In this document: positions 39,182 through 48,002 of the stretch, in pieces
Position numbering within the stretch: position 1 is the stretch's first letter
Layout of the letters: each line of letters begins with the position of its first letter
Assembly (NCBI GenBank): GCA_963827135.1
Contig: CAWGZX010000005.1
Coordinates: 123,435 to 187,434 of the forward strand
Direction: 5' to 3'
Source of the DNA: Methanomassiliicoccaceae archaeon
GTDB lineage: Archaea > Thermoplasmatota > Thermoplasmata > Methanomassiliicoccales > UBA472
Length of the DNA: 64,000 bases
Translations under genes and position numbers: made by a program
The notes under the pieces: generated by a model
What the model saw: the letters and a program-made list of their open reading frames with translations, nothing else
Databases searched by the model: none
Told to the model about the DNA's origin: nothing

Positions 39182-41058
39182 GCGATGACATCTGGTCTAA
39201 GGCCAAGGTAACCCTAGATGGGCTCAGGAACAGGGATAAGCCTGTGATATACCTTGGATCGGCCTCTTGTGGTCGAGCCGCGGGAGCACTCGCTGTCAGA
39301 CGGGAAATCCAAAGCGAGCTGAAGAGCCATTCGGTCGATGCCGAGGTTGTGAATGTCGGATGCATTGGCCCGTGTTACATGGAGCCACTGGTCTATATCC
39401 AACTCCCTGGTGAGCCGGCGGTTGTCTACAATAACGTGACGGTCGCCGAGGTGAAGGATCTCATCCAGAAGGTAATCGTAGAAAGGATCCATATGAAAGA
39501 CAAGGCCGTTGGCGTCCTGGCCGAATCCCCGGAATTGGGCATGCCGCGGTTCTTCGAACACCCCATGCTCTCGCCTCAGACCAGACTGGTCATGAGGAAT
39601 TGCGGGCTAATCGACCCCTCCAACATCGACCATTATCTCGCCAGCGGCGGCTATCTCGGCCTAAAAAGAGCTCTAGAAATTGGGCCAGAGAAGGTCATCG
39701 AAGAGGTCAAGGGATCTGGGCTTAGGGGAAGGGGGGGAGCGGGCTTCTCCACGGGCATGAAATGGAAGCTGTGCCGTGATGCCCCAGGAGATGTGAAATA
39801 CCTCATCTGCAACGCCGACGAGGGCAACCCAGGGACCTTTGTCAACCGCATTCTGCTCGAGGGCGACCCCCACGCTGTCCTGGAGGGAATGGTCATCGCC
39901 GCCTATGCGATTGGGGCTTCTCAGGGCTTCATCTACATCAGGCACGAATACCCGCTGGTCCGAGAGTACATTCACAAGGCGACCTTGGACATGAGGCGGC
40001 TGGGTCTGCTAGGCGAGAACATATTGGACAGCGGTTTCGATTTCGACATCCAGATAAGGAGAGGGGCGCTGGCTTTCGTCTGTGGCGAGGAGACGGCATT
40101 GATGGCCTCGATAATGGGCCACAGAGGCATGCCCAAGCCCAGGCCGCCCTTCCCGGCCACTTCCGGGCTTTGGGGCAGGCCGACGAACATCAATAACACC
40201 GAGACCATGGGCACAGTCCCGCTTGTCCTCCGCATGGGCGGGCCCAATTATGCCAAGTACGGGATCAAAGGGTCCTCAGGCACGAAGACCTTCTCCCTCG
40301 GTGGCAAGGTGAGACGGACTGGTTGCATCGAGGTCCCCATGGGCACCCCGCTCAGCACCATAGTCTACGATATCGGCGGCGGAATGGTGGACGGCAAGAA
40401 GTTCAAGGCCGTCCAGACAGGGGGGCCGTCCGGAGGTTGCGTCCCAGACTATTTGCTTGATACGGGCGTGGATTACGAGCAGTTGACCAACCTGGGGGCA
40501 ATAATGGGGTCGGGTGGGCTCATTGTGATGGATGAGGACACCTGCATGGTTGACATGGCCAGGTATTTTCTCAGCTTCACCCAAGATGAATCTTGCGGTA
40601 AATGCGTGCCCTGCAGGATAGGCACAAGGCGAATGCTCGATGTGTTGGAGAGGATCACCCAGGGCGATGGCGAGATGGACGACCTGCTGCGGCTGGAGGA
40701 GCTTTGCGAGACAATCAACAAAGGTTCGCTCTGCGGTCTGGGCCAGACCGCCCCAAACCCGATCCTTACCACCCTGAAGTACTTCAGGAACGAGTATGAG
40801 GCACACATCGTCGAGAGGAGGTGCCCGGCCAAGTCCTGCAAGGCGCTGATGCACTTCGAGATCGTTCCAGAGAAGTGTGTCGGCTGTGGGGAGTGCAAGG
40901 AGAAGTGCCTCTCGGCAGCCATCTCGGGATCCGCCAACGCGCCTCATCTGATCGACCAGTCGAAATGCACCAAATGCGGCATCTGCCTGCAGGTCTGCCC
41001 GACAAAAGCCTCGGCCGTGGCCAAGCTCGATGGCGACGGCAAAGGGGTGAGGGCATGA
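39178..41058 (+). CDS. NuoF/HydB-like FMN/NAD(H)-binding subunit with extra N-terminal thioredoxin-like and C-terminal 2x[4Fe-4S] domains
   Basis: GLRGRGGAGFSTG, NADEGNPG, CGKCVPCR. C-terminal CVGCGECKEKC and CTKCGICLQVCP. TTG start. Confidence 0.88.
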   Translation: MSDDIWSKAKVTLDGLRNRDKPVIYLGSASCGRAAGALAVRREIQSELKSHSVDAEVVNVGCIGPCYMEPLVYIQLPGEPAVVYNNVTVAEVKDLIQKVIVERIHMKDKAVGVLAESPELGMPRFFEHPMLSPQTRLVMRNCGLIDPSNIDHYLASGGYLGLKRALEIGPEKVIEEVKGSGLRGRGGAGFSTGMKWKLCRDAPGDVKYLICNADEGNPGTFVNRILLEGDPHAVLEGMVIAAYAIGASQGFIYIRHEYPLVREYIHKATLDMRRLGLLGENILDSGFDFDIQIRRGALAFVCGEETALMASIMGHRGMPKPRPPFPATSGLWGRPTNINNTETMGTVPLVLRMGGPNYAKYGIKGSSGTKTFSLGGKVRRTGCIEVPMGTPLSTIVYDIGGGMVDGKKFKAVQTGGPSGGCVPDYLLDTGVDYEQLTNLGAIMGSGGLIVMDEDTCMVDMARYFLSFTQDESCGKCVPCRIGTRRMLDVLERITQGDGEMDDLLRLEELCETINKGSLCGLGQTAPNPILTTLKYFRNEYEAHIVERRCPAKSCKALMHFEIVPEKCVGCGECKEKCLSAAISGSANAPHLIDQSKCTKCGICLQVCPTKASAVAKLDGDGKGVRA

Positions 41059-43232
41059 TCACCATCAACGGCAAGCAATACCCTTTCAAGGCTGGCCAGA
41101 CCGTGCTTGAGGCCGCTACCGCGGCGGGGATCTACATCCCCACGCTGTGCAACCATCCGCACCTAACCGCGTTCGGCGCCTGCCGGCTATGCCTCGTCCA
41201 GATCGACAACGTTCGCGGGCTGCCCACTGCCTGCACCATCCCGCTCGCGGACGGCATGAACATCCGCACCGAGAGCGAGGACATCCAGAGGCTGAGGCGT
41301 GAGATCATGCTCCTGATGCTGTCGGAGCATCCCTACAGCTGCCTGGTCTGCAAGGACAAGGAGCTGTGCGTGAAGTACAACAGCTGCACCACCAAGGCCG
41401 GGAAGATCACAGGATGCAACCTCTGCTCCTGGAAGGAGGGATGCGAGGTGCGCAAGGTGGTCGACTACCTCAAGATCGACGAGATCACCTACCCCATCCA
41501 TTACCATGACTATCCGTTGGAGAGGGACGAGCCCTTCTTCGACCGGGACTACAACCTCTGCGTGCTCTGTGGCCGTTGCGTGCGCGTATGCGAGGACATC
41601 CGAGGGATAGGCGCCATCGCATTCCTGAACCGCGGGCACGAGACCAGGATAGGGACCGCCTTCGGCATGTCCAACATCGATGCGGGCTGCGTTTTCTGCG
41701 GCGCCTGCCTCGACGTGTGCCCGACCGCGGCCTTGACGGGAAGGGCTACGAAATGGCTGGCGAAGACCGAGAAGAGGACCAAAACCACCTGCAACTTCTG
41801 CAGCGTGGGATGCGCCATGGTCATGGAGGGGCGTAGGGAGACGGTTATGCGAGCCCAGGCCGACCTTGACGGGGCGGCCAACAAGGGACAGGCCTGCGTG
41901 CTCGGTCGCTTCTGCATACCTTCCTTCTTCAACGCCATCGGCCGGCTTCGCTATCCTATGGTACGCAAGGAGGGCGTGCTCACGCCCGTCCAATGGGACG
42001 AGGCCTTGAAGGCTGCAGCGGAGGGCCTAAGCATGTACGACCCGGGCGATGTGCGCATCGTGGTCTCTCCTCAGTTGACCAACGAGACCGCCTACCTGCT
42101 CTTTCGGCTCTCCAAGGAGGTTCTCCCCGGGTCCACCATGGAGCTTGACTCTCCTTTCGATTCATTGGCCTTGGGCGTCTCCAGGGAACTGCTCGGCCAC
42201 ACAGGGTCGAGCGGGATGCTCGCGGCCATCAGCAACGCGGGCACCATCCTCATCGTCGGTGAGGACCTGCGCATCGACCACAGCGTGCTCAGGGTGCGGA
42301 TCAACGCGGCCCACAAGAGAGGCGCCAAGGTCATCTGGCTGGGCCCGATGCCACAAGGCGAGGACCGGCTGGTGGACTATCATTACCCTGGCACGGACTA
42401 CCTTGACAAGCTGGCCGGCCTGCTGCGCAAGATGGCCCACGATGCGCACAACTTCGAGGGAGCAAATGAGTTCCTGGAATCCCTGGTCATGTTCAAGGAC
42501 AGCAAGGAGTCGAGCGAGATGGCCAAGAACATCAGGGGGAGAAGCCTGTGCGTCCTGATAGGCAAGGGCGTGCTGGTCGACCGTCCTGAGGCTGTGCTCA
42601 CCGCGGCTTACAACCTGTTGGTCCTTACGCGCAGCCCTCGCGGCCTGATCCTATTGCTGGAATCGAACTCGCAGGGCATCAGCGATATCACCGATCTTCC
42701 CATGACCACTCCAGGGCCGATGCCTGATGCTAAAGCCTACTACGTGACCTCCGGCAACGCCGAGGTGCCGAAGGACGCTGGCTTCCTGGTGCTTCAGGAC
42801 ATATTCGAGAGCCCGCTGATGGAGAGGGCCAACGTGGTCCTTCCTGGGACAGGCATGCCAGAGGACGCTGGCACCATCACCTCGCTGGAGGGCAGAGTCC
42901 AGGCACTGGACCCGATAGCCCAGCCGCCTGGGATGGCCAAGCCCGATTGGCAGATCGTAGCCAAACTGGCCGGAGAGATGGGCAGCGGCAGTTTCGCTTA
43001 CGACAGCGCGGAGCAGGTGACCTTCGAGCTCTTCAGGGCGACCAGGGTCAAGTCCCTAGGGCTGATGGCCAAGGACAGCATGCCCTTGAAGCTCCACGCC
43101 ATGCCGGAGGTCGGTCCAGCACCTGATCCACCTTACTGCGCGAAGCATGTCCATGTCTATCGGGGGGCGGACATAGTCCATAAGGTCGACGACCTGCGCC
43201 GTCTCTACAAGCTATGGGGGGTGGTGAAGTGA
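41055..43232 (+). CDS. NuoG/FdhA-like Fe-S protein with molybdopterin-oxidoreductase-fold domain lacking an obvious catalytic Cys/Sec
   Basis: MITINGKQYPF.. 2Fe-2S ferredoxin N-terminus, several 4Fe-4S motifs and CNFCSVGC. ATGA overlap with the previous gene. The upstream part of the ORF-track 803-aa ORF is an artefact. Confidence 0.8.
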   Translation: MITINGKQYPFKAGQTVLEAATAAGIYIPTLCNHPHLTAFGACRLCLVQIDNVRGLPTACTIPLADGMNIRTESEDIQRLRREIMLLMLSEHPYSCLVCKDKELCVKYNSCTTKAGKITGCNLCSWKEGCEVRKVVDYLKIDEITYPIHYHDYPLERDEPFFDRDYNLCVLCGRCVRVCEDIRGIGAIAFLNRGHETRIGTAFGMSNIDAGCVFCGACLDVCPTAALTGRATKWLAKTEKRTKTTCNFCSVGCAMVMEGRRETVMRAQADLDGAANKGQACVLGRFCIPSFFNAIGRLRYPMVRKEGVLTPVQWDEALKAAAEGLSMYDPGDVRIVVSPQLTNETAYLLFRLSKEVLPGSTMELDSPFDSLALGVSRELLGHTGSSGMLAAISNAGTILIVGEDLRIDHSVLRVRINAAHKRGAKVIWLGPMPQGEDRLVDYHYPGTDYLDKLAGLLRKMAHDAHNFEGANEFLESLVMFKDSKESSEMAKNIRGRSLCVLIGKGVLVDRPEAVLTAAYNLLVLTRSPRGLILLLESNSQGISDITDLPMTTPGPMPDAKAYYVTSGNAEVPKDAGFLVLQDIFESPLMERANVVLPGTGMPEDAGTITSLEGRVQALDPIAQPPGMAKPDWQIVAKLAGEMGSGSFAYDSAEQVTFELFRATRVKSLGLMAKDSMPLKLHAMPEVGPAPDPPYCAKHVHVYRGADIVHKVDDLRRLYKLWGVVK

Positions 43233-44083
43233 ACAAGGTCGTCGAGCGCACGGAGCTGGTCCCTAACGTGCACAAGATGGTCATAGAGGCGCCCTTGCTG
43301 GCCAAGAAGGTTAGGCCGGGCCAGTTCCTTATCGTCATGGCCGACGAGAAGGGCGAGCGCATACCCATCTCCATCGGCGATTGGGACGAGAAGGCTGGAA
43401 CCGTCACCATCTTCTTCCTGGAGGCGGGCGTCTCCACCATGAAGCTGGCGCAGAAGAAGGCCGGGGACGACCTCTTCGCGGTGGTGGGGCCGCTGGGCCA
43501 TCCGGCCAAGATCGCGAAGTATGGGACGGTCCTACTTGGAGGAGGGTGTTATGGCATCGGAGGCATCACGTCCATAGCCAAGGCCATGAAGGCCGCTGGT
43601 AACAAGGTCATCGTGGTCATCGAGGCGCGGTCCAAGTACCTGCTCTATAACAAGGAGGTCCTCCGCAAAATCGCCGACGAGTACCTCGAGACCACCTCCG
43701 ACGGCAGCAGCGGGGTAAGGGGCAAGGTCCAGGACGTCGTGCAATTCATCACCAGCCAGCAGAAGGTGGACCTAGCCTACTTCATCGGCTGCTCGTTCAT
43801 GATGATGAACTGCTCAAATGCCACCAAGGGGAGGCATCTGAAGACCATGGTCTCGCTCAACGCCCTCATGCTCGATGGCACGGGCATGTGTGGCGTGTGC
43901 CGCGTCAGCGTGGGCGGGCACACGAAGTTCGCCTGCGTGGACGGCCCGGAGTTCGACGGCCATCAGGTGGACTGGCTGCAGATGATCCAGCGCAAGTCCA
44001 TGTACCTCCAGGAGGAGATGCTGGCATACCAATACCACACCTGCCGGGCGCTGGCGAAGAAGGCGCAGGAGGAGGGCGACTGA
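43214..44083 (+). CDS. NfnA/SudB-like subunit (ferredoxin-NADP reductase fold, [2Fe-2S])
   Basis: ..ERTELVPNVHKMVIEAP.. and C-terminal GTGMCGVCRV...FACVDGP. Start is ATG 43214 or GTG 43229. Confidence 0.82.
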   Translation: MGGGEVNKVVERTELVPNVHKMVIEAPLLAKKVRPGQFLIVMADEKGERIPISIGDWDEKAGTVTIFFLEAGVSTMKLAQKKAGDDLFAVVGPLGHPAKIAKYGTVLLGGGCYGIGGITSIAKAMKAAGNKVIVVIEARSKYLLYNKEVLRKIADEYLETTSDGSSGVRGKVQDVVQFITSQQKVDLAYFIGCSFMMMNCSNATKGRHLKTMVSLNALMLDGTGMCGVCRVSVGGHTKFACVDGPEFDGHQVDWLQMIQRKSMYLQEEMLAYQYHTCRALAKKAQEEGD

Positions 44084-44084
44084 C

Positions 44085-45530
44085 ATGGCGGAAGGGTCGC
44101 AGGAAAAGGTCAAGGCCCCCCGGCAGAGGATGCCCGAGCAGCACCCCTTGGTCCGGGCGAGGAACTTCAACGAGGTGCCCACTGGCTACTCCCCCGAGAC
44201 GGCGCAGCTCGAAGCTAGCCGCTGCCTTCAGTGCAAGAAGCCCTCCTGCATGGAGGGCTGCCCGGTGGGCGTCAAAATACCCGAGTTCATCAAGCTTATC
44301 CGCGAGGGTGACTTCGTGGCCGCCGCCCGCAAGATCAAGGAGACCAACGCCCTGCCTGCGGTCTGCGGGCGGGTGTGCCCACAGGAGGTCCAATGCGAGG
44401 GTTCCTGCATCCTTAGCAAGAAGGGCGATCCGGTGGCCATAGGCCATTTGGAGCGCTTTTGCGCCGACTTCGAGAGGGGCGCGCATCAGGTATGCGTTCC
44501 AGTGAAGGCCGCCCCTAACGGCAAGAGGGTAGCGGTGGTCGGCTCGGGGCCGGCCGGACTGACCGTGGCCGGCGATCTGATCCTTCTTGGCTACCAGGTA
44601 ACCATCTTCGAGGCGCTGCACAAGCCTGGTGGTGTGCTGGTCTACGGCATCCCTGAGTTCCGCCTGCCCAAGGACATCGTGGAGGCGGAGGTGAGGTACC
44701 TGCAGAGCCTCGGGGTGGACCTGAAATTGAACATGGTGATCGGAGCGGTGTGGAGCATCAAGGAGCTCATGGAGGTCGATGGGTACGACGCCGTGTTCAT
44801 AGGTGTCGGGGCCGGGACCCCGCAGTTCCTGAACATGCCAGGGGAGAACCTCTGCGGCGTGTACTCGGCCAATGAGTACCTGACCAGGGCCAACCTGCTG
44901 AAGTCCTACCAGTTCCCCAGGTACGACACCCCCCTGGCCAAGGGGAGGAGCGTGGCGGTGGTAGGGGGAGGCAACGTGGCCATGGACAGCGTGAGGACCG
45001 CGCTCAGGCTCGGCGCGGACAACGCCTTCATCGTCTATCGTCGCTCCGTCGAGGAGATGCCCGCTCGCAGGGAGGAGATCCATCACGCGCAGCAGGAAGG
45101 GGTGCAGTTCAAGATCCTCACCAACCCGGAGGAGGTCATCGGCGACGAGCGCGGATGGGCCAAGGCCTTGAAATGCATCAAGATGGAGCTGGGAGAGCCA
45201 GATGCCAAGGGGCGCAGGAAGCCGGTGCCTGTGAAGGGCTCCTGGTTCGACATCCCTGTGGACCTTGTGATCGTGGCCATCGGAACCAACGCCAACCCGC
45301 TCCTCACGGCCAACGTGCCGGACCTGAAGCTGAACGAGAGGGGCTACATCCTAACTGATGAGCACGGGCGCACCAGTGTGCCCCGGGTCTATGCCGGGGG
45401 GGACATCGTGACCGGCTCGGCCACGGTCATCCAGGCCATGGGAGCTGGGAGGAGGGCGGCGAACGCCATCCACAAGGACCTCACCGGAAAGGACGCCGAA
45501 CGGCCAGACGCCTGCAGCGCCACAATGTGA
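44085..45530 (+). CDS. NfnB/SudA/GltD-like subunit (2x[4Fe-4S], FAD, NAD(P)H)
   Basis: CLQCKKPSCMEGCPV..ICGRVCPQE..C, plus GSGPAGL and GGGNVAMD dinucleotide motifs. Confidence 0.88.
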   Translation: MAEGSQEKVKAPRQRMPEQHPLVRARNFNEVPTGYSPETAQLEASRCLQCKKPSCMEGCPVGVKIPEFIKLIREGDFVAAARKIKETNALPAVCGRVCPQEVQCEGSCILSKKGDPVAIGHLERFCADFERGAHQVCVPVKAAPNGKRVAVVGSGPAGLTVAGDLILLGYQVTIFEALHKPGGVLVYGIPEFRLPKDIVEAEVRYLQSLGVDLKLNMVIGAVWSIKELMEVDGYDAVFIGVGAGTPQFLNMPGENLCGVYSANEYLTRANLLKSYQFPRYDTPLAKGRSVAVVGGGNVAMDSVRTALRLGADNAFIVYRRSVEEMPARREEIHHAQQEGVQFKILTNPEEVIGDERGWAKALKCIKMELGEPDAKGRRKPVPVKGSWFDIPVDLVIVAIGTNANPLLTANVPDLKLNERGYILTDEHGRTSVPRVYAGGDIVTGSATVIQAMGAGRRAANAIHKDLTGKDAERPDACSATM

Positions 45531-45539
45531 TAGGCTCCA

Positions 45540-47099
45540 TCATGCGAGGGCGCAAGAGGAACTGAAAGCCTCCTCAATCCTGCCGAGCACGAAGGACCTG
45601 TCCAAGGTAGAGAGGAAGTATCCCAATCGGGGGCCTTGCCTCTTGTTGATGAAGATGCCGTACATGACCTGGAACCCGCCCTTGGCCCCCAATCCCGAGG
45701 CCTTGGCGCATTCGTAGACCAGGTCGTGGATCCTGTCCCCGCTCCATTCCACCTGGGTAAGCTTGGCGTGGACCTCACGGAGGAAGCGCAGCTCGCTGGC
45801 GGATATCTCGCACGTGGGCAGGGCGGGCGAGATGTGGAACTTGACATCCTCCGGGGCGAAGTTCTCCAGCCAGAAGCGGACGCATCCCGCCCTCTGCCTG
45901 AGCCTCTCCGCGTCCTCCTCCTTGATCTCAGTGATGCGCTCCGAGCGCTTCAGGATCTCCAGCATCATGTCGAAGGAGGAGGTTATCTGCACTATCTGGA
46001 CCAGGTGGCGATAGGGGACCTGGAGGGGCATCTGCCCGCTCACGCCGCTCGGCTGGGCGAGCTCATAGGCTCGCAGCAGGTCCTTGTCCCTCTCCTCCAC
46101 GCCCCCTTTGTAGTACCATGATTCCACCTTGTCGTATTCGTCGACCACGTCCAGCACCCCCAGGCCTGAGTCGTAGTCGATGTGGCGGTCGGCGTTGTAG
46201 CGCAGGAAGGAGTAGTTGAAGACCGGGGCAGGGGTGATGGCCAAGGCGTCCAGTCCCGTGACCTCGACCCCTTTGGACTTATGCATCTGGCCCTTGCCCT
46301 TCAGCTGCACGAACTCGTAGGGGATCGGATGAGGCGGCGGATCGAGGAAGACCTCGTTGGCGAAGCGCACGCCGGTGTCGTACGAGCCTCCCGCGGCGGC
46401 GTGGTCCTTGCCGAAGGGCTCGCAGGTCACCCCGAACAGCTTCCACTTGGCGGCCCATTCGACCCTCCAGGGCATCTTGCCCTCGGCCTTGCGCACGTCC
46501 GCTCTGCCCTCGTGGCCGCAGTGGCAAACGTAGCTAACGAATGGAAACTCGTACCCCAGGATCTTGCCCGCGGAGAACTTGCCGCACTCAGAGCACTTCG
46601 GCGTGTAGGGGAAGAAGTCGGCAGGCACGTCCCTCCCGGTCACCTCATGCAGGATCTGGGCGATCTTGTCCTTGTTCCTTATCGCCGTGTCGGTGATCTC
46701 GGCAAGCTTGCCTTGGGCATAGAGCTCGTGCGTCCAGTGGAGCTTGGGAGCGAGCCCCATCTGCTTTATGGCCTCGAGGAAGGGCTCCCCGAAGTGATGC
46801 ACATAGCTTTGGTGCTCCCCACATGGGCACGGTATCTCGGACAAGGGCCTCTGTATCTGCTCGTCATAGCTCTCGTCAAGGAAGGGATAGCGCTTGCGAA
46901 GCGGGTCGAAGGAATCGATGATATAGATGAACTCGACGTCGGCTTTAAGGTCCTTAAGGGCCTGGTAGACGCCTCTGGCGGTGACAGCCTCCCTAAGGCT
47001 GCCCACGTGGATGAAACCCGAGGGGGTTATGCCTGTGGAGATGAGGTTTCTCACGTTCTTGGCCATCAACTCCTTGGCGATGACTTCGGCCCAATGCAT
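45540..47099 (-). CDS. lysS: Lysyl-tRNA synthetase, class I
   Basis: 519 aa with ..GITPSGFIHVGSLRE.. (HIGH-like) and a Zn-ribbon CSECG..CHCG. KMSKS-like ..MHKSKG.. Confidence 0.92.
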   Translation of the reverse strand: MHWAEVIAKELMAKNVRNLISTGITPSGFIHVGSLREAVTARGVYQALKDLKADVEFIYIIDSFDPLRKRYPFLDESYDEQIQRPLSEIPCPCGEHQSYVHHFGEPFLEAIKQMGLAPKLHWTHELYAQGKLAEITDTAIRNKDKIAQILHEVTGRDVPADFFPYTPKCSECGKFSAGKILGYEFPFVSYVCHCGHEGRADVRKAEGKMPWRVEWAAKWKLFGVTCEPFGKDHAAAGGSYDTGVRFANEVFLDPPPHPIPYEFVQLKGKGQMHKSKGVEVTGLDALAITPAPVFNYSFLRYNADRHIDYDSGLGVLDVVDEYDKVESWYYKGGVEERDKDLLRAYELAQPSGVSGQMPLQVPYRHLVQIVQITSSFDMMLEILKRSERITEIKEEDAERLRQRAGCVRFWLENFAPEDVKFHISPALPTCEISASELRFLREVHAKLTQVEWSGDRIHDLVYECAKASGLGAKGGFQVMYGIFINKRQGPRLGYFLSTLDRSFVLGRIEEAFSSSCALA

Positions 47100-47234
47100 G
47101 CTAATCAGGGCGCGTCAAGGATGTATCGGATATTAAGGTTGCTAGCCGGCTTGGACGAGAGGTTCGGATGACGTTTCCCAAAGATATCAACTAAAGGTTG
47201 ATAACTATCAATCACCATGATTAAATAGTGGCAC

Positions 47235-47762
47235 ATGGCTCGATGGGGAGCAATGGTAGTTCCTTCGTTCGAATCTAGGTTGGATGGCGCCAAGGATATC
47301 CCGGACATCTTTGAGCTGGTCAAGCTGGCAGTGCGCAAGACCACGGGCAGGGAGCGCTCCGGGCTGATGCTCGGGCTCTCCAATCTCGGCGGGGGGCCGG
47401 ACGGGTTCGTGGGCGCGTATTACCCGGTCGCGACCAACATCATCGTCATGAACACGATGCCCCTAGATCGGATCAAGCAGACCGACCCCTCTCTCTATAA
47501 GCCATACATCTTCCACATCCTGTTGCACGAGTACATCCACGCTTTGGGAACCATCGACGAGGAGGCGACGCGGGAGAAGGCGAGCGAGATAAGCGCTAAG
47601 GTGCTGGGCTCGGGGCACCCCGCCACCGAACTGGCTAAGGACATGTCGAGGTACCTGCCCAAGCTCGTCTATCCAGTGTATGGATGGAAGCCAGAGGCCA
47701 AGCCGACGCTGCAGCTGGTGAAGGGCTTCGACCGCTCTTCCACGGACCTTTACATTAACTGA
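47235..47762 (+). CDS. Hypothetical HExxH-motif protein (putative zinc metallopeptidase-like)
   Basis: 175 aa with ILLHEYIHALG. Confidence 0.5.
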   Translation: MARWGAMVVPSFESRLDGAKDIPDIFELVKLAVRKTTGRERSGLMLGLSNLGGGPDGFVGAYYPVATNIIVMNTMPLDRIKQTDPSLYKPYIFHILLHEYIHALGTIDEEATREKASEISAKVLGSGHPATELAKDMSRYLPKLVYPVYGWKPEAKPTLQLVKGFDRSSTDLYIN

Positions 47763-47827
47763 GCCCTTTGGCGGGGCGGGCGCGCAAAGATTATATAAGG
47801 GCGCTGGGGATTCGTGGCTCGAAGACT

Positions 47828-47998
47828 ATGCCCAAAGAGAGCAAGAAGGGTTCCGGTTTCCAATCCGCGGCAGGCCTCATCCGCTATTTCGATTCCGAGG
47901 ATGAGAAGGCGCCAAAGATTAGTCCATACCTGGTGCTGGTATTCGCGGTCGTGCTCGTCTTCGTTGTTGAGATTGCCAAGGTCATCTGGCCATATTGA
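47828..47998 (+). CDS. Protein translocase Sec61-beta (archaeal SecG) subunit
   Basis: MPKESKKGSGFQSAAGLIRYFDSE.. plus a single C-terminal TM. 56 aa. Confidence 0.85.
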   Translation: MPKESKKGSGFQSAAGLIRYFDSEDEKAPKISPYLVLVFAVVLVFVVEIAKVIWPY

Positions 47999-48002
47999 TT
48001 TC

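Noticed and set aside
40821-41054. Upstream extension of the 803-aa ORF for the NuoG-like protein.
   Set aside because: The extension overlaps the NuoF-like C-terminus in another frame. The conserved 2Fe-2S N-terminus starts at MITINGK (ATG 41055), with an ATGA coupling.
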